From the NCBI GenBank assembly GCA_001783695.1, contig MFNE01000043.1:77062-141061 (forward strand): 64,000 bases of DNA, written 5' to 3'. The translations under genes were made by a program, and so were the position numbers. Numbering within the stretch: position 1 is the first letter of the stretch; every line of letters begins with the position of its first letter. This stretch comes from Candidatus Lambdaproteobacteria bacterium RIFOXYD2_FULL_50_16 (lineage in GTDB: Bacteria > SAR324 > XYD2-FULL-50-16). Of the stretch, positions 50,844-60,730 are shown in pieces. The notes under the pieces were generated by a model. It saw nothing but the letters and a program-made list of their open reading frames with translations. It was not told where the DNA came from and did no database searches.

Positions 50844-51290
50844 ATGAAAGGCTGGATATTGATTTTTATGGTCCTAGGTTGGGCCGGAACCCTCTGGGGC
50901 GAAGAGGTCGCAGAAAAACAGGTGGGTGCCTGGTACCTCGCGGGGGTGGTGCAGCGGCGGGTTGTCGAAGTGAAGGTGATTACCGATCCTAAGGTCGAAG
51001 GGGTGGTTTGCCATTTTGCTTATGTGGTCAAAAAGCTTAGCTTCGAAGACCCGAGCGATTCCACCATCGCTTGCCGCCGGGTGGGGCCTGTGCGTTTTAA
51101 GGAGGCTATTGAAGAGGGTCCTGAAGGTGAAGTGGTCTTTGCAGATTCGAGAAATATCTTTTTTAAAACCTTCCGTATCCGCCGGGTTTACGACAAGTCC
51201 AACCATAGTTTGGTTTATGTTAGTTACACCAAAGAAATCATCGACGGCAGCAATAAACTCTCGATTAGCACGGTGGTCATTGACCCCTAA
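50844..51290 (+). CDS. creA: CreA family protein (secreted, DUF-type)
   Basis: Signal peptide; VVCHFAY...ACRRVGPV...GEVVF...FRIRRVYDKSNHSLVYVSY mirrors E. coli CreA (VTCYVS..ISCQQVGPI..GEVVF..LQVVRFYDAKRNALAYLAY). Confidence 0.75.
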   Translation: MKGWILIFMVLGWAGTLWGEEVAEKQVGAWYLAGVVQRRVVEVKVITDPKVEGVVCHFAYVVKKLSFEDPSDSTIACRRVGPVRFKEAIEEGPEGEVVFADSRNIFFKTFRIRRVYDKSNHSLVYVSYTKEIIDGSNKLSISTVVIDP

Positions 51291-52060
51291 AGATGCTTGA
51301 TCAGTCCCGCCGAAAGCGCCCGCGCCACGGCGTTGGGCAGGTTGTGGGCGTCTAGTTTGTCATAAATCGTTTGCAACTGGGCTTTAATGGTTTTCTCAGA
51401 AACCCCTTGGCTTTCCGCCGCTTGGGCAGCGGTCAAGCCTTGTTGCATCAAGGTCAAAATCTTAGAATCGTTGTCGGTTAAAATCCGCCGGTTGCTTATA
51501 GCTTGAATGTTTTCCATGGCACCCAGGAGCGCCGGGGCGACAAATTTCATGACCGAATCGGTGGTTACGTTGTACTCGACCTTCGGACCCAAGATTGACC
51601 AAATCAGGGTTTGACTAAATCCAGGGCGCTGAAATCCCATCGCCAAGCCATCCGACATTTCTTCAAAACTGGCGACCCTTTGAGCAAAGCCAAGTTGTTT
51701 TTTTTGGGTCTCATTGACGGGGGCTGTTTTTAGACCCAAAAAGACCTCACTCCACCTTAAGCGATCTTGTGGAGGCTCGGGCTCTAAGACCTTTTGCACG
51801 ATAGGATCAAATTGTTTATAGCTGCGAGACAGGTATTCGGCCTGCCAATGTTTGGGTTGGGTGCTGAAATAAATCGAATTAGAAAGCCTTGTGTCCACCA
51901 CCTGTCCCATAACGGTCACCCAACAGTTAAAAGGGATCACTCTGCCCAGCAAATCAAATACCGAAATCAGGTCCGAACGGCTCCGGCAATAACGGCAGGC
52001 CAATTCCATATCTAGGAGCAGAGCCTTTTTTTGTTGGGGCAGGTCGGAAACGTGAATCAT
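51287..52060 (-). CDS. LuxR-family transcriptional regulator (N-terminal ligand-binding-like domain + C-terminal HTH)
   Basis: C-terminal LuxR-type HTH LT.NDSKILTLMQQGLTAAQAAESQGVSEKTIKAQLQTIYDKL. Confidence 0.7.
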   Translation of the reverse strand: MIHVSDLPQQKKALLLDMELACRYCRSRSDLISVFDLLGRVIPFNCWVTVMGQVVDTRLSNSIYFSTQPKHWQAEYLSRSYKQFDPIVQKVLEPEPPQDRLRWSEVFLGLKTAPVNETQKKQLGFAQRVASFEEMSDGLAMGFQRPGFSQTLIWSILGPKVEYNVTTDSVMKFVAPALLGAMENIQAISNRRILTDNDSKILTLMQQGLTAAQAAESQGVSEKTIKAQLQTIYDKLDAHNLPNAVARALSAGLIKHL

Positions 52061-52162
52061 AAAACTCAGTTTTTTAAACGCGGGTGAGGTTTAAGCATCT
52101 TCGCCAAGTTAGCAACCTTGCTCTAACTCGTCAAAATATGCTTTATCTATCTAAAGTTATTA

Positions 52163-52504
52163 TTAGAGTTTAGCTTTTTTAGGCGGCAAAAGAACCACAA
52201 ATTGGAGAGCGATCTCTAACCAACTCTTTAAATCCTCGGTTTCTTCGAAATAGGGGTTGTTTACATAAATCATCCCTTTAAGTGGGCGACCAGTAAAATC
52301 CATTTCTTTGGCTCCAGGTCGAGCCAAGGTGGCTTCGTATTGATCGGGGCCAACCCGCAGCATCAATTCCTCACCCACCACCCCACAAAGCATGTTTCCG
52401 TTTAGTAAAAAACAGAGCCCACCAAACATCCGCTTAAAGGAAAAGCCCGGTCGCTCCCCTAGCAGTTCCTCTATACGGGCCGCCAAACCTTCATCGTAGG
52501 CCAT
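52163..52504 (-). CDS. TfoX/Sxy N-terminal domain protein
   Basis: 113 aa; FKRMFGG..FLLNGNM..GV...LMLRV pattern of the TfoX N-domain. Confidence 0.65.
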   Translation of the reverse strand: MAYDEGLAARIEELLGERPGFSFKRMFGGLCFLLNGNMLCGVVGEELMLRVGPDQYEATLARPGAKEMDFTGRPLKGMIYVNNPYFEETEDLKSWLEIALQFVVLLPPKKAKL

Positions 52505-52552
52505 GGTTCCTTTGGCTAATAAATAAAGATTAGGTTGGAGCGCAAGGCTTAT

Positions 52553-54223
52553 TCAAGCAAATAATGAATTTAAAAGAGCGACTAGCTGCTCGGCCTCTAA
52601 AGGTTTGTGAAGGTACCCATCGAATTGAGAAAACCCAAACTTGTCCGCTACTTCCTCTTGGGAATAGCTGGTTAATGCAATGATTTTTGGGTGTAGTCCT
52701 GGCAGGTTGCGAATTGCCAAAGAGGCCTCAATCCCATTGATTTGAGGCAGGTCGATATCCATTAAAACCACTTGGAATTGTTGACTACGCGCTTTTTCGA
52801 TCCCCTCACCGCCATCAAAGGCGAGCTCATACTCAGCCTGCAATTGGTTGAGCGCCGTCATCCCCGAATGGCGGTGTAAGGGGTTGTCCTCGACCAGTAA
52901 AAACTGGCGGACCCCTTTGGGCAAAACCAAAGGGACCTCTTCGGCCTCGGTTGGGCCCCCGATGCCTTTGGGCAGGGTAAACCAAAATCGGCTACCTTTA
53001 CCTAGCACCGAATCGGCTCCAATCTGGCCGCCGTTTTTTTTAACAAATTCCGCCGATAGCACCAAGCCCATCCCCGAGCTGGTCTCTTTTTGAGGTTCTG
53101 AAAAACGGAACGGGGGCTCTTTGGAGGAAAACAATTTTTCTAACTTATCTGGATCAATCCCCATCCCTTCGTCAACCACCTCAAAACGGATCCAAGAGCC
53201 CTCGTCAAAGCTTTGCAGGGTTATCGTCGTCTCTTCTGGAGAAAACTTGATGGCGTTTGAGAGTAGATTGCGGATAACCGTGGTCACCATGGTAATATCG
53301 GCGTGTACTAAATGGGCTGGATGGCTTTGATCAATCAATTGCAGCCGTTTCTGCCGAGCGGTTTCAGCCAGTAAATCAACGGTTAATCGAGCGGGTCCAG
53401 CCAAGGAAAAGTCGATTAAGCGTAGCTCTAACTTGCCCTGTTGACTTTTAGCCCAATTGAGCAGGTCGTCTAAAAGCCGCTTAATGTTAGCTGTCGAGTG
53501 GGCCAGATCCTCTTGAAGCTCTTGAGTAAATTTTTGCCGGCCTTGAAGAAGCATTTGAAAGATTATGGCCATGCTACCAATAGGGCCTCTAAGGTCGTGC
53601 GAGATCACCGAAAAAAAACGGTCCTTGGTGCGGTTGGCTTCGGCCAATTCATTGCGCAGTCGATATTCGCGGACTTGGGTTCCATAGTGAAACATCGCCG
53701 CGAGCCCAGCCATAAGGGTAAAACTATAGTAGTAGGCTAAGGTCAAGACTAATGCTTCCCAGCTAAGGTTGGGCTGTATCCAAAGCAAATGAGCGGTAAT
53801 CAAAGATAGATGCAACCCTAAGCTAATCCAGAGCCACTTGGGTTGCCACAGGGGCACCACCGTCATTACCACCGGGGCCATGGAAAAACAGCCCAGGTAA
53901 ATATAAGTCATGGTTCCCTCGCTTTGGTACAAAATGGGCAAAAAGAAAGGGACCGGGATGTTGAGAGCGACCAGATTTAAGATGGAGGTATAGCCGTTAA
54001 TTTTTTTGTGAAAAAGATAGATAATAGGCAAACAAGCAAGGGGCAGTCCCAAACGCCAAAACAAGGTGTGCCCCTCGATAAACCTTTGGTCCACAAAATA
54101 CCAAAAAGGGAAAAAGCCCGTTAAGAGGTAGTAAACCCAGATTAGTTTTAGGTTGTGCTGATCTACGTTGGCCGTAAGACCCACGTTTTCGGCTAGTTGA
54201 GATTGAGTGTTCATTGATAACAT
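52553..54223 (-). CDS. Hybrid sensor histidine kinase/response regulator with a polytopic membrane N-terminus
   Basis: About 6 TM helices, H-box FFSVISHDLRGPIGS, HATPase G-boxes, and a C-terminal REC (VVLMDIDLPQINGIE). Confidence 0.85.
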   Translation of the reverse strand: MLSMNTQSQLAENVGLTANVDQHNLKLIWVYYLLTGFFPFWYFVDQRFIEGHTLFWRLGLPLACLPIIYLFHKKINGYTSILNLVALNIPVPFFLPILYQSEGTMTYIYLGCFSMAPVVMTVVPLWQPKWLWISLGLHLSLITAHLLWIQPNLSWEALVLTLAYYYSFTLMAGLAAMFHYGTQVREYRLRNELAEANRTKDRFFSVISHDLRGPIGSMAIIFQMLLQGRQKFTQELQEDLAHSTANIKRLLDDLLNWAKSQQGKLELRLIDFSLAGPARLTVDLLAETARQKRLQLIDQSHPAHLVHADITMVTTVIRNLLSNAIKFSPEETTITLQSFDEGSWIRFEVVDEGMGIDPDKLEKLFSSKEPPFRFSEPQKETSSGMGLVLSAEFVKKNGGQIGADSVLGKGSRFWFTLPKGIGGPTEAEEVPLVLPKGVRQFLLVEDNPLHRHSGMTALNQLQAEYELAFDGGEGIEKARSQQFQVVLMDIDLPQINGIEASLAIRNLPGLHPKIIALTSYSQEEVADKFGFSQFDGYLHKPLEAEQLVALLNSLFA

Positions 54224-54391
54224 CCCTTAAAATAGCCCAAGTGCCACACCTTTGACTTAGATCATAGGATGAATGGAGCAAAAAGCAAGTAAATTGGTTT
54301 TGGGAAAACCGGCTCCCTAAAACTCTTTAAAAACGCTACCTATCGTTTGGATTTTGTGGTAAAAGTTTTTTGTCACCTTATCGGAGTTGCA

Positions 54392-54811
54392 ATGAACTTA
54401 AAATCGTTTACCCGCATCGCCCTCGGTGCAATTGGGGCTTTGCTTATGGTTGGCTGCGCCGGAAAAACCCATCAGACTAATAAAGACAAGGCCTACGATC
54501 CACCGCCTCCGGCTGAATCCTTAGCACGGGGACAGGCCTTGTTTGAAGAGTACTGCGTTACTTGCCATGGGGTAAAAGGCAAAGGTAGCTTAGAGCAGCC
54601 AGCGGCGGCAGACCTGACCTTGGCGGCAACCCACTTTACCACACGCGGGTTAACCGTGATTATCGACAAGCCCCACTATTCAGCGGAAACCATCAAGTTG
54701 CAGGTGACCCAAGGGGGCAAGCAGATGCCTAGCTTGCAAGATAAGTTTAGTGCCGCCCAGCTTGAGGACTTGACCAATTGGGTCAAGAAGCTGATTTACG
54801 ATCCTGAATAG
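54392..54811 (+). CDS. Mono-heme class I cytochrome c lipoprotein
   Basis: Signal peptide plus lipobox LMVGCAG, single CVTCHG heme site with a distal Met region. Start moved to MNLKSF, which has a GGAG RBS. Confidence 0.7.
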   Translation: MNLKSFTRIALGAIGALLMVGCAGKTHQTNKDKAYDPPPPAESLARGQALFEEYCVTCHGVKGKGSLEQPAAADLTLAATHFTTRGLTVIIDKPHYSAETIKLQVTQGGKQMPSLQDKFSAAQLEDLTNWVKKLIYDPE

Positions 54812-55290
54812 GGAGTACGAAAAGGTTGGGTTAAGAGAACGTCAATCTGTATTGCTTTCTGGTCCCGTTGGTCAGGCAACCCAATCTCCCTTCCCAAATG
54901 CCCCAAGGCTGTTTGAGGGATATAGGTCTTTAAAATCCGGTCCCACCAAGAGAGACAAAAGCCAAAGTTGGCCTGGTTCTCTTGGGGTATCGAAGAAGGA
55001 TGAGCCCGGTGTATATCAGAAGGACCAAAAACCACCGAAGCCCCCGATCTAAACCTATGGGGCGCTTGAGACTGGCATGGTTAAACACCGCCGTGCGGTT
55101 AAGCAATATCTCTATAACCAACCCGGTCACCAGGGCCCAAGAGAGAGACCAACCTAATCCGGGTCGGCAGGATGCCTTCGGTGGAGTCGCCAAAAAGGGC
55201 TGAACCAATGAAAGACCCAGGACTGCAAATAAATCGCCAATTCGAGTAGAATTTGCCCAGAGCAATTTTGATCCAACTAGGGCCACAAAA
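54796..55290 (-). pseudogene. Decayed remnant of a fatty-acid hydroxylase/sterol desaturase-superfamily gene
   Basis: C-terminal PSDIHRAHPSS...NFGFCLSWWDRILKTY matches the third His box and the NFGF..S.WDRLFGTY tail of this family, with the His box degenerate (HRAHP for HxxHH). Upstream is a stop at 55081..55083 in frame. The overlapping 118-aa ORF in another frame lacks any His boxes. Confidence 0.4.
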
Positions 55291-55635
55291 TGGCCATCAA
55301 CCCCGCTTTCCGCTGGGCCAGCTTTGGGCCCGTTTTATGGCCATTAAGGGAACACTCGCGTGTAGTAGCAGATTGTTAAGCAACCCTAACCCTAAATTAC
55401 ATGGCCACCGGGCTAACTTAGGGTGCTGGCGTTAACGTCTCTGGAAAAATCTTCCGCTGAGGTAATGACCGCAAATAGGCCAAAAAAGGCGACTGCTGGA
55501 TGGTAGATTCCTGCTCTAATTTCCAAACCTCCAATATGCTCCTTAAAGCCCCAGCCTAGGCCTTTGTTTGCTTTATAGTCAGTAGTGGTACCCCAAGCCG
55601 CCGGGTTGGAATCCCCCGGTCTTAGTGGACTTAAT

Positions 55636-57660
55636 TTAAGGAATTTCTAATTCGGGCGCTCCCAGGTAAAAACCTTGGAGCAGATCGGCCCCAAGCTCGA
55701 TCACTTTATCCATTACTGGCTTGGAGTGGACAAATTCGACCACTGTTTTTATCCCAATCTCATGGGCAAACCAGAGGATCGAGCGGGTGACTCGCTCTGA
55801 GTTTATATCTTCATCAATCCTTTTGATTAAAGAACCGTCGATTTTGAGATAGTCCACCTGGAGTTTTAAAATATTCTCAAAATTCGAATAACCCGCCCCA
55901 AAATCGTCGATCGCAATCTGGGCCCCATACGACTTGGCAGAGGAGATAAACTCCTGGACTAGGTCAAAGTTATCAATCCCTTCGGATTCTAAGATTTCGA
56001 AGGTGGTGCGGGCGGCCAATTCTGGATTTTTTTCAAGCCGTCCAAGGATCATTTGGGCCAAGGCGGGGTCGGTAATGTCTTGGGCAGAAAGGTTAATCGA
56101 AAATCCATAACTAAGTTTTTCGAATCTTGCGAAACACTTTTCGATCATAATCTCGGTGAGTCGCCGGTAGAGGTTGGCTCGTTTGGCAATATCGAGAAAA
56201 AAATAAGGCGAGAGTAACGTGCCGTCTTCTTCGACCAGCCTGATTAAACATTCAAACTTAACTGGTTTAAGGGTTTTTCTATCGAAGATTGGCTGAAAGA
56301 CGGGTTGTATTCGGTCTTGGCGGATAGCCTTTTTGAGTTTTTCTAACAGCTCAAAATTTTTGGCTACCTTTTTCTCTAAACCCAATTCAGGCGAATAAAC
56401 CAAGAAATGCTGGTCGTTTTGCTCTTTGAGGTGCTTCATCACCATATTGCAATGGGTAAGCAACGGTTTTTGGTCGCAGATTGCTTGGTTGAGGTTGATT
56501 TGAATGGGTAGCTCTTTATAGTAAAAAGGTTCGGTAACTAAAGCGTTCACCTTAGCAACCGCCTGCTCTAATAGGGCCAAGTCTTTTTCCTCAAACAAAA
56601 GCGCAAACTCGTCACCGCTGATCCGAAACACCTGGGCCTCAGCCCGGAATCGGTCCCGAAGTCGCTTGGCAAACCCCTTTAAAACGTGGTCCCCCCCTTG
56701 AATCCCGTAAAAATTGTTTACGTTTTTAAATCCGTTGAGGTCGATCAAGATCATGGCTGGGTTTTCAAATAAGTCAACCTGCTGCAAAAAGGCGAGCCGG
56801 TTTTTTAGGCCGGTTAACCGGTCCCTTAAAGCGGCCTGATCGTTTTTTATAATCAACAGAATCAGCAATCCCTCGGCTAGTAGTAAAAATACAAACAGGA
56901 CTGCCGAAAGTCCCTTTATCCTCGCCAAAGCACGCTGGTCCTCTGCGCGGAATTGATTTAAGGCAACCAAAAGTTGTTCCATCACCCGCTGGTTTTGGAT
57001 CTCCATCTGCCGGTTGAGTTCAAGGTACAAGGGAAACTGGGCAGTAAAAATACGTATATGGTTTAAATAATTGGCAATTTCATCGTTTTTTAGCCTTGAT
57101 TTTTGCACTCGATTTTCTATTTCAGAAACCGCCTGCATCAGCATTGACAGTTCCTCGATCTGCCCCAAGTTGTTGGCTAAAGCCACTTTATCTACCATAA
57201 ACAAAATAATAGGCAAAAGGGGTCCGTTTTTGGGCTCCAGGGCAATATCCTGGGCTAAAGTGGGGATATAAATGGTCGAGTTTTTTAAGGTAGAGTTTAG
57301 GGTTTGAAACGAGCGCAGGAGCGCCACCCCTTGGTTAAAATTTATTTGTATTTGGTCAAGCGCAGGAGGACCATGATGCTTTTGGGGGCTGTGGCTTAAT
57401 ACTTGGGTCAGGTCCTCAAACCCCTGCTGCCAATCTATTATCCGTTGATTTAGCGCGTCGTAATCGGGAAAGGTGGAAATTTGAAGTTTAAGTACCTCTT
57501 CTTCTAAAAGGGTGGATTGGTTTTTAAGGTTAGAAAACCGCTCAATAATTTGATTTGAGGTCTGCAATTGTTCGGTGACGTAAAAGCGAATAAACCAAAA
57601 CAAACCAAACACGGCTAAAGCGCCTAAAAGTGCAAAACCGAGCTTCTTTTTAAGCCTCAC
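55636..57660 (-). CDS. Membrane-anchored periplasmic-sensor GGDEF-EAL protein (diguanylate cyclase/phosphodiesterase)
   Basis: Two TM segments flank a ~210-aa periplasmic domain. GGDEF-type domain (RISGDEFALLF) and EAL domain (ECLIRL, IAIDDFGAGYS). GTG start overlaps the stop of the upstream peroxidase gene. Confidence 0.85.
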   Translation of the reverse strand: MRLKKKLGFALLGALAVFGLFWFIRFYVTEQLQTSNQIIERFSNLKNQSTLLEEEVLKLQISTFPDYDALNQRIIDWQQGFEDLTQVLSHSPQKHHGPPALDQIQINFNQGVALLRSFQTLNSTLKNSTIYIPTLAQDIALEPKNGPLLPIILFMVDKVALANNLGQIEELSMLMQAVSEIENRVQKSRLKNDEIANYLNHIRIFTAQFPLYLELNRQMEIQNQRVMEQLLVALNQFRAEDQRALARIKGLSAVLFVFLLLAEGLLILLIIKNDQAALRDRLTGLKNRLAFLQQVDLFENPAMILIDLNGFKNVNNFYGIQGGDHVLKGFAKRLRDRFRAEAQVFRISGDEFALLFEEKDLALLEQAVAKVNALVTEPFYYKELPIQINLNQAICDQKPLLTHCNMVMKHLKEQNDQHFLVYSPELGLEKKVAKNFELLEKLKKAIRQDRIQPVFQPIFDRKTLKPVKFECLIRLVEEDGTLLSPYFFLDIAKRANLYRRLTEIMIEKCFARFEKLSYGFSINLSAQDITDPALAQMILGRLEKNPELAARTTFEILESEGIDNFDLVQEFISSAKSYGAQIAIDDFGAGYSNFENILKLQVDYLKIDGSLIKRIDEDINSERVTRSILWFAHEIGIKTVVEFVHSKPVMDKVIELGADLLQGFYLGAPELEIP

Positions 57661-58616
57661 TGGGCCTCCAAAATAGCCGGAGTTTCCCCTTTTAGGGATT
57701 TAATAAAGGCCACTAGGTTCTCAATTTGATCTTGATCTAGGGTTACCCCCAAGTTATAATAACCCATGGCGGCGATAGCCGCTTCCAATGTACCTATCTC
57801 GCCCGAAGAAAAGTAGGGGGCGGTGTCTGCGGACATTCTTAGGCTTGGGACTTTGAACCGGTTTTTGTCAGACTCTTTTTGGGTTAAGGCATAAAGGTCG
57901 GCCTGCCCTTGAAACCAAGGGTAAGGGTTGACCACGCCAATCTTTTGGTAACTGTTGCCCCCTACTAACCGCCCGTTGTGGCAAGAGACACATCCCAGTC
58001 CTTTAAACAGCCGGTAGCCTTTTTGTTCCTTTTCTGAAAGGGCAATTTCCTTCCTTAAGTAACGGTCAAATCGGCTATTAGAAGTGACTAAGGCCCGTTC
58101 AAATTCGGCGAGCGCCAAAGCAACCTTTTGCGGGGTTAGAGGGCCAGGATTAAAGGTTTGAACAAAGGCTTCCTGGTAACTAGGTTCACCCTCAAGCCTA
58201 CGGATCATTTCGCTGAGGGCGAGGTTCATTTCCACCGGGTTTTGGATAGGGCCTAAGGCCTGTTCCTCTAAACTGGCGGCCCGGCCATTCCAAAATTGGC
58301 TAAAGTTGAAACCCGCATTAAAAACCGACGGGGCGTTCATCCCCCCTAGGACTTTTCCTACACCTTCGGACCGTTCCCTTCCGTCGGCGCCGCCTTTGGC
58401 GGGGTCATGGCAAGAGGCACAAGAGACGGTTTTGTCTTTTGATAAAATAGGATCAAAAAAGAGGCGTTGGCCTAAGGCGGCAAGCGCGGGGTTGTAGGTT
58501 GGTTTTAGGGGCAGAGGGGAAATGGGTTCTTGGGCCAGCAATCCGCCCACCCACAGACTAAACCCCAAAATGGCAAAAATATACTTTCCCAAACCCCTCC
58601 AGTTTTTGATTTTCAA
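57657..58616 (-). CDS. Di-heme cytochrome c peroxidase (CcpA/MauG family)
   Basis: Signal peptide and two heme sites (CASCHD, CVSCHNG) with GMNAPSVFN...QFWNGRA...GPIQNPVEM CCP motifs. Confidence 0.88.
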   Translation of the reverse strand: MKIKNWRGLGKYIFAILGFSLWVGGLLAQEPISPLPLKPTYNPALAALGQRLFFDPILSKDKTVSCASCHDPAKGGADGRERSEGVGKVLGGMNAPSVFNAGFNFSQFWNGRAASLEEQALGPIQNPVEMNLALSEMIRRLEGEPSYQEAFVQTFNPGPLTPQKVALALAEFERALVTSNSRFDRYLRKEIALSEKEQKGYRLFKGLGCVSCHNGRLVGGNSYQKIGVVNPYPWFQGQADLYALTQKESDKNRFKVPSLRMSADTAPYFSSGEIGTLEAAIAAMGYYNLGVTLDQDQIENLVAFIKSLKGETPAILEAQ

Positions 58617-59140
58617 ACTAACCTTTTCTTCTAAAAAGGTCTAGCCCTGATCTCTTGGAGGAAAATAGCGTAACGCTCCCTAAAAATGCCCGCCCATTGG
58701 CCAATATTGGAATTTTCGAACTCCGCCAGTGGGGTAAGTCCGCATTAATTTGCAGCCCCTTTGGTAATAAAAAATTAATAATCGGAGCCGCAAGGCTGTT
58801 CGTATCGCTCAAGGCCGGAGGCGAGCCGCCTCGTAAGAAATGAGGCAAAAAAGTTAAAGTATGGGCCGGGCTCGGTCACTGGGTAATTTCTCGACTTTAA
58901 TAAAAGATGCTAGTGGCGCTGGACCAAGGACGTTGGTTGGTTTACAACCAGGAAAGAGGCGCAATATTTCCCTTTCCAACTAACACAAGATTGGCCCAGG
59001 GAAAAACCACCGAGTCGAGCCCCCAAAGCGGAACGTATCTAAAAATCGTCTTAAAAACAATAGCATACATCCAGTCGTCGGAACTCGACCCTAAACCACA
59101 CAAAAAAAAATCGCGCTTGTATATTCGGACATTATAATAT

Positions 59141-60070
59141 ATGTATTTACAAAAAAAGGACCTGTTAACCTGGAGCAATTGGGAACCCTCCGAAATTAGG
59201 TCTTTGCTGGAATTGGCGGTACAAGCAAAACGGCAACCCCAAGATTTTGCCCAAGCTATGGCGCAAAAAACCTTGGTGATGCTTTTCCAAAAGACCTCCA
59301 CCAGAACCCGAGTTTCCTTTGAAGTAGGTTGTACCGAGATGGGCGGGCACGCCATCTTTTTAGACTGGATGACCAGCAATCTGGGGCTGACTGAGATTGG
59401 TTGGGAGGCGGCCTATTTGGCTTCGAATAGCCATTTGATTATGGCTCGGGTCAAGAACCATAAGGATTTAGAAGAGATTGCCCGTTGCTCTAGGGTGCCC
59501 GTGATTAATGGTTGTGATGATCGGCACCACCCTTGTCAAGCCTTGTCAGATATGCTGACAATTCGCCTGGATCGAGGGAGCCTAGAAGGCGCAAGGCTTT
59601 GTTATGTCGGGGTTTTAAATAACGTAGCCAATAGCTTGTTGGCCCTGGCCCCGGTGTTTGGGGTTCATTTAACCCTGGTTTGCCCAATTCGACCAGATGA
59701 AGAGGTCGATGAAATGCTTTTGACCAGGGCTAGGGAAGCGGATTGTTTAGAAGAAACCCTAGATTTAAGTCGGGCGATCCAGACGGCAGACTATATATAT
59801 ACGGACACTTGGGTTAATATGGAACTTTATAAAGACCCTAATGCAGCGAAGTTGAAAGAAGACCGGGTGGCTAAGATGCTGCCTTTTCAGATCAACCGAG
59901 AATTGTTAAAAGATGTTAAGGCTAAGATCATGCACGATATGCCCATCCATTCTGGTTTTGAAATCACTAAAGAGATGGTTGAAGACCCGCGCTCCATCAT
60001 ATTTGAACAAGCCAGTAACCGCCTTCCTGCCCAAAAGGCGATTATGCTTAGGTTGTTGGGGCTTCACTGA
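59141..60070 (+). CDS. Divergent aspartate/ornithine carbamoyltransferase-family protein (transcarbamylase of unknown second substrate)
   Basis: Carbamoyl-phosphate motifs STRTRVSFE and HPCQ are present. The ornithine-binding DxxxSMG is replaced by DTWVNME and HCLP by HDMP. Confidence 0.7.
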   Translation: MYLQKKDLLTWSNWEPSEIRSLLELAVQAKRQPQDFAQAMAQKTLVMLFQKTSTRTRVSFEVGCTEMGGHAIFLDWMTSNLGLTEIGWEAAYLASNSHLIMARVKNHKDLEEIARCSRVPVINGCDDRHHPCQALSDMLTIRLDRGSLEGARLCYVGVLNNVANSLLALAPVFGVHLTLVCPIRPDEEVDEMLLTRAREADCLEETLDLSRAIQTADYIYTDTWVNMELYKDPNAAKLKEDRVAKMLPFQINRELLKDVKAKIMHDMPIHSGFEITKEMVEDPRSIIFEQASNRLPAQKAIMLRLLGLH

Positions 60071-60082
60071 ACAAGGCCGATT

Positions 60083-60730
60083 ATGAATCGATGGTTGCTT
60101 TGGATGTTTCTCTTGTGTCTGCCCGGCCCTCTTTGGGCTTTGGACACGGAAGAAATCAAGTCTATCCCCGAGACGGCCAAGGTGGCCCATCAATATGACG
60201 ATCCGCTAGAGGCAGTCGCCCGGGTGCCAGCTTTTGTGACCGATTCAAGAATCGATCAGTTGATCTACTATCCTTGCGAAAACTGCCATACCAAAGGGAT
60301 GGTTGCTCCCAACGACAAGGTTAGGACCTTGGAATTGATGCATATGGAGATCAACCTTGATCATGGCAAAGGCCGGTTTTGGTGCACCACTTGCCACGAT
60401 ATTAATCAGCGAAACCAGTTAATCAGCCTTAAAAAGCAAAGGATTAGTTTCGACCAGCCCTACCTTTTATGTGGCCAATGCCACTTTGCCCGCCAACGCG
60501 ATTTTTTCCAAGGCGCCCATGGCAAACGCAAGGATAACTGGTTTGGCCCTAAAAAACTGACCAACTGCACCGAATGCCACGATCCCCATGTTCCCCAAAT
60601 TAGGGCCCGCCTGCCGCGCAAAGAGCCCGATCCGAGGTTGGGTTTGAGTATAGACAATTCAGACAAGCACCACCGGCACCAACCTTGGGACCAGGCAAAA
60701 GAGGAGCACAAAGATGAAGTTCACCAATAA
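60083..60730 (+). CDS. Periplasmic tetraheme cytochrome c
   Basis: Signal peptide and four CxxCH motifs (CENCH, CTTCH, CGQCH, CTECH). 12 bp downstream of the transcarbamylase-like gene. Confidence 0.85.
   Translation: MNRWLLWMFLLCLPGPLWALDTEEIKSIPETAKVAHQYDDPLEAVARVPAFVTDSRIDQLIYYPCENCHTKGMVAPNDKVRTLELMHMEINLDHGKGRFWCTTCHDINQRNQLISLKKQRISFDQPYLLCGQCHFARQRDFFQGAHGKRKDNWFGPKKLTNCTECHDPHVPQIRARLPRKEPDPRLGLSIDNSDKHHRHQPWDQAKEEHKDEVHQ

Noticed and set aside
54930-55286. 118-aa minus-strand ORF as a real gene
   Set aside because: It overlaps, in another frame, the segment carrying the fatty-acid-hydroxylase C-terminal motif and lacks His boxes or other motifs. It is treated as part of the pseudogene relic.
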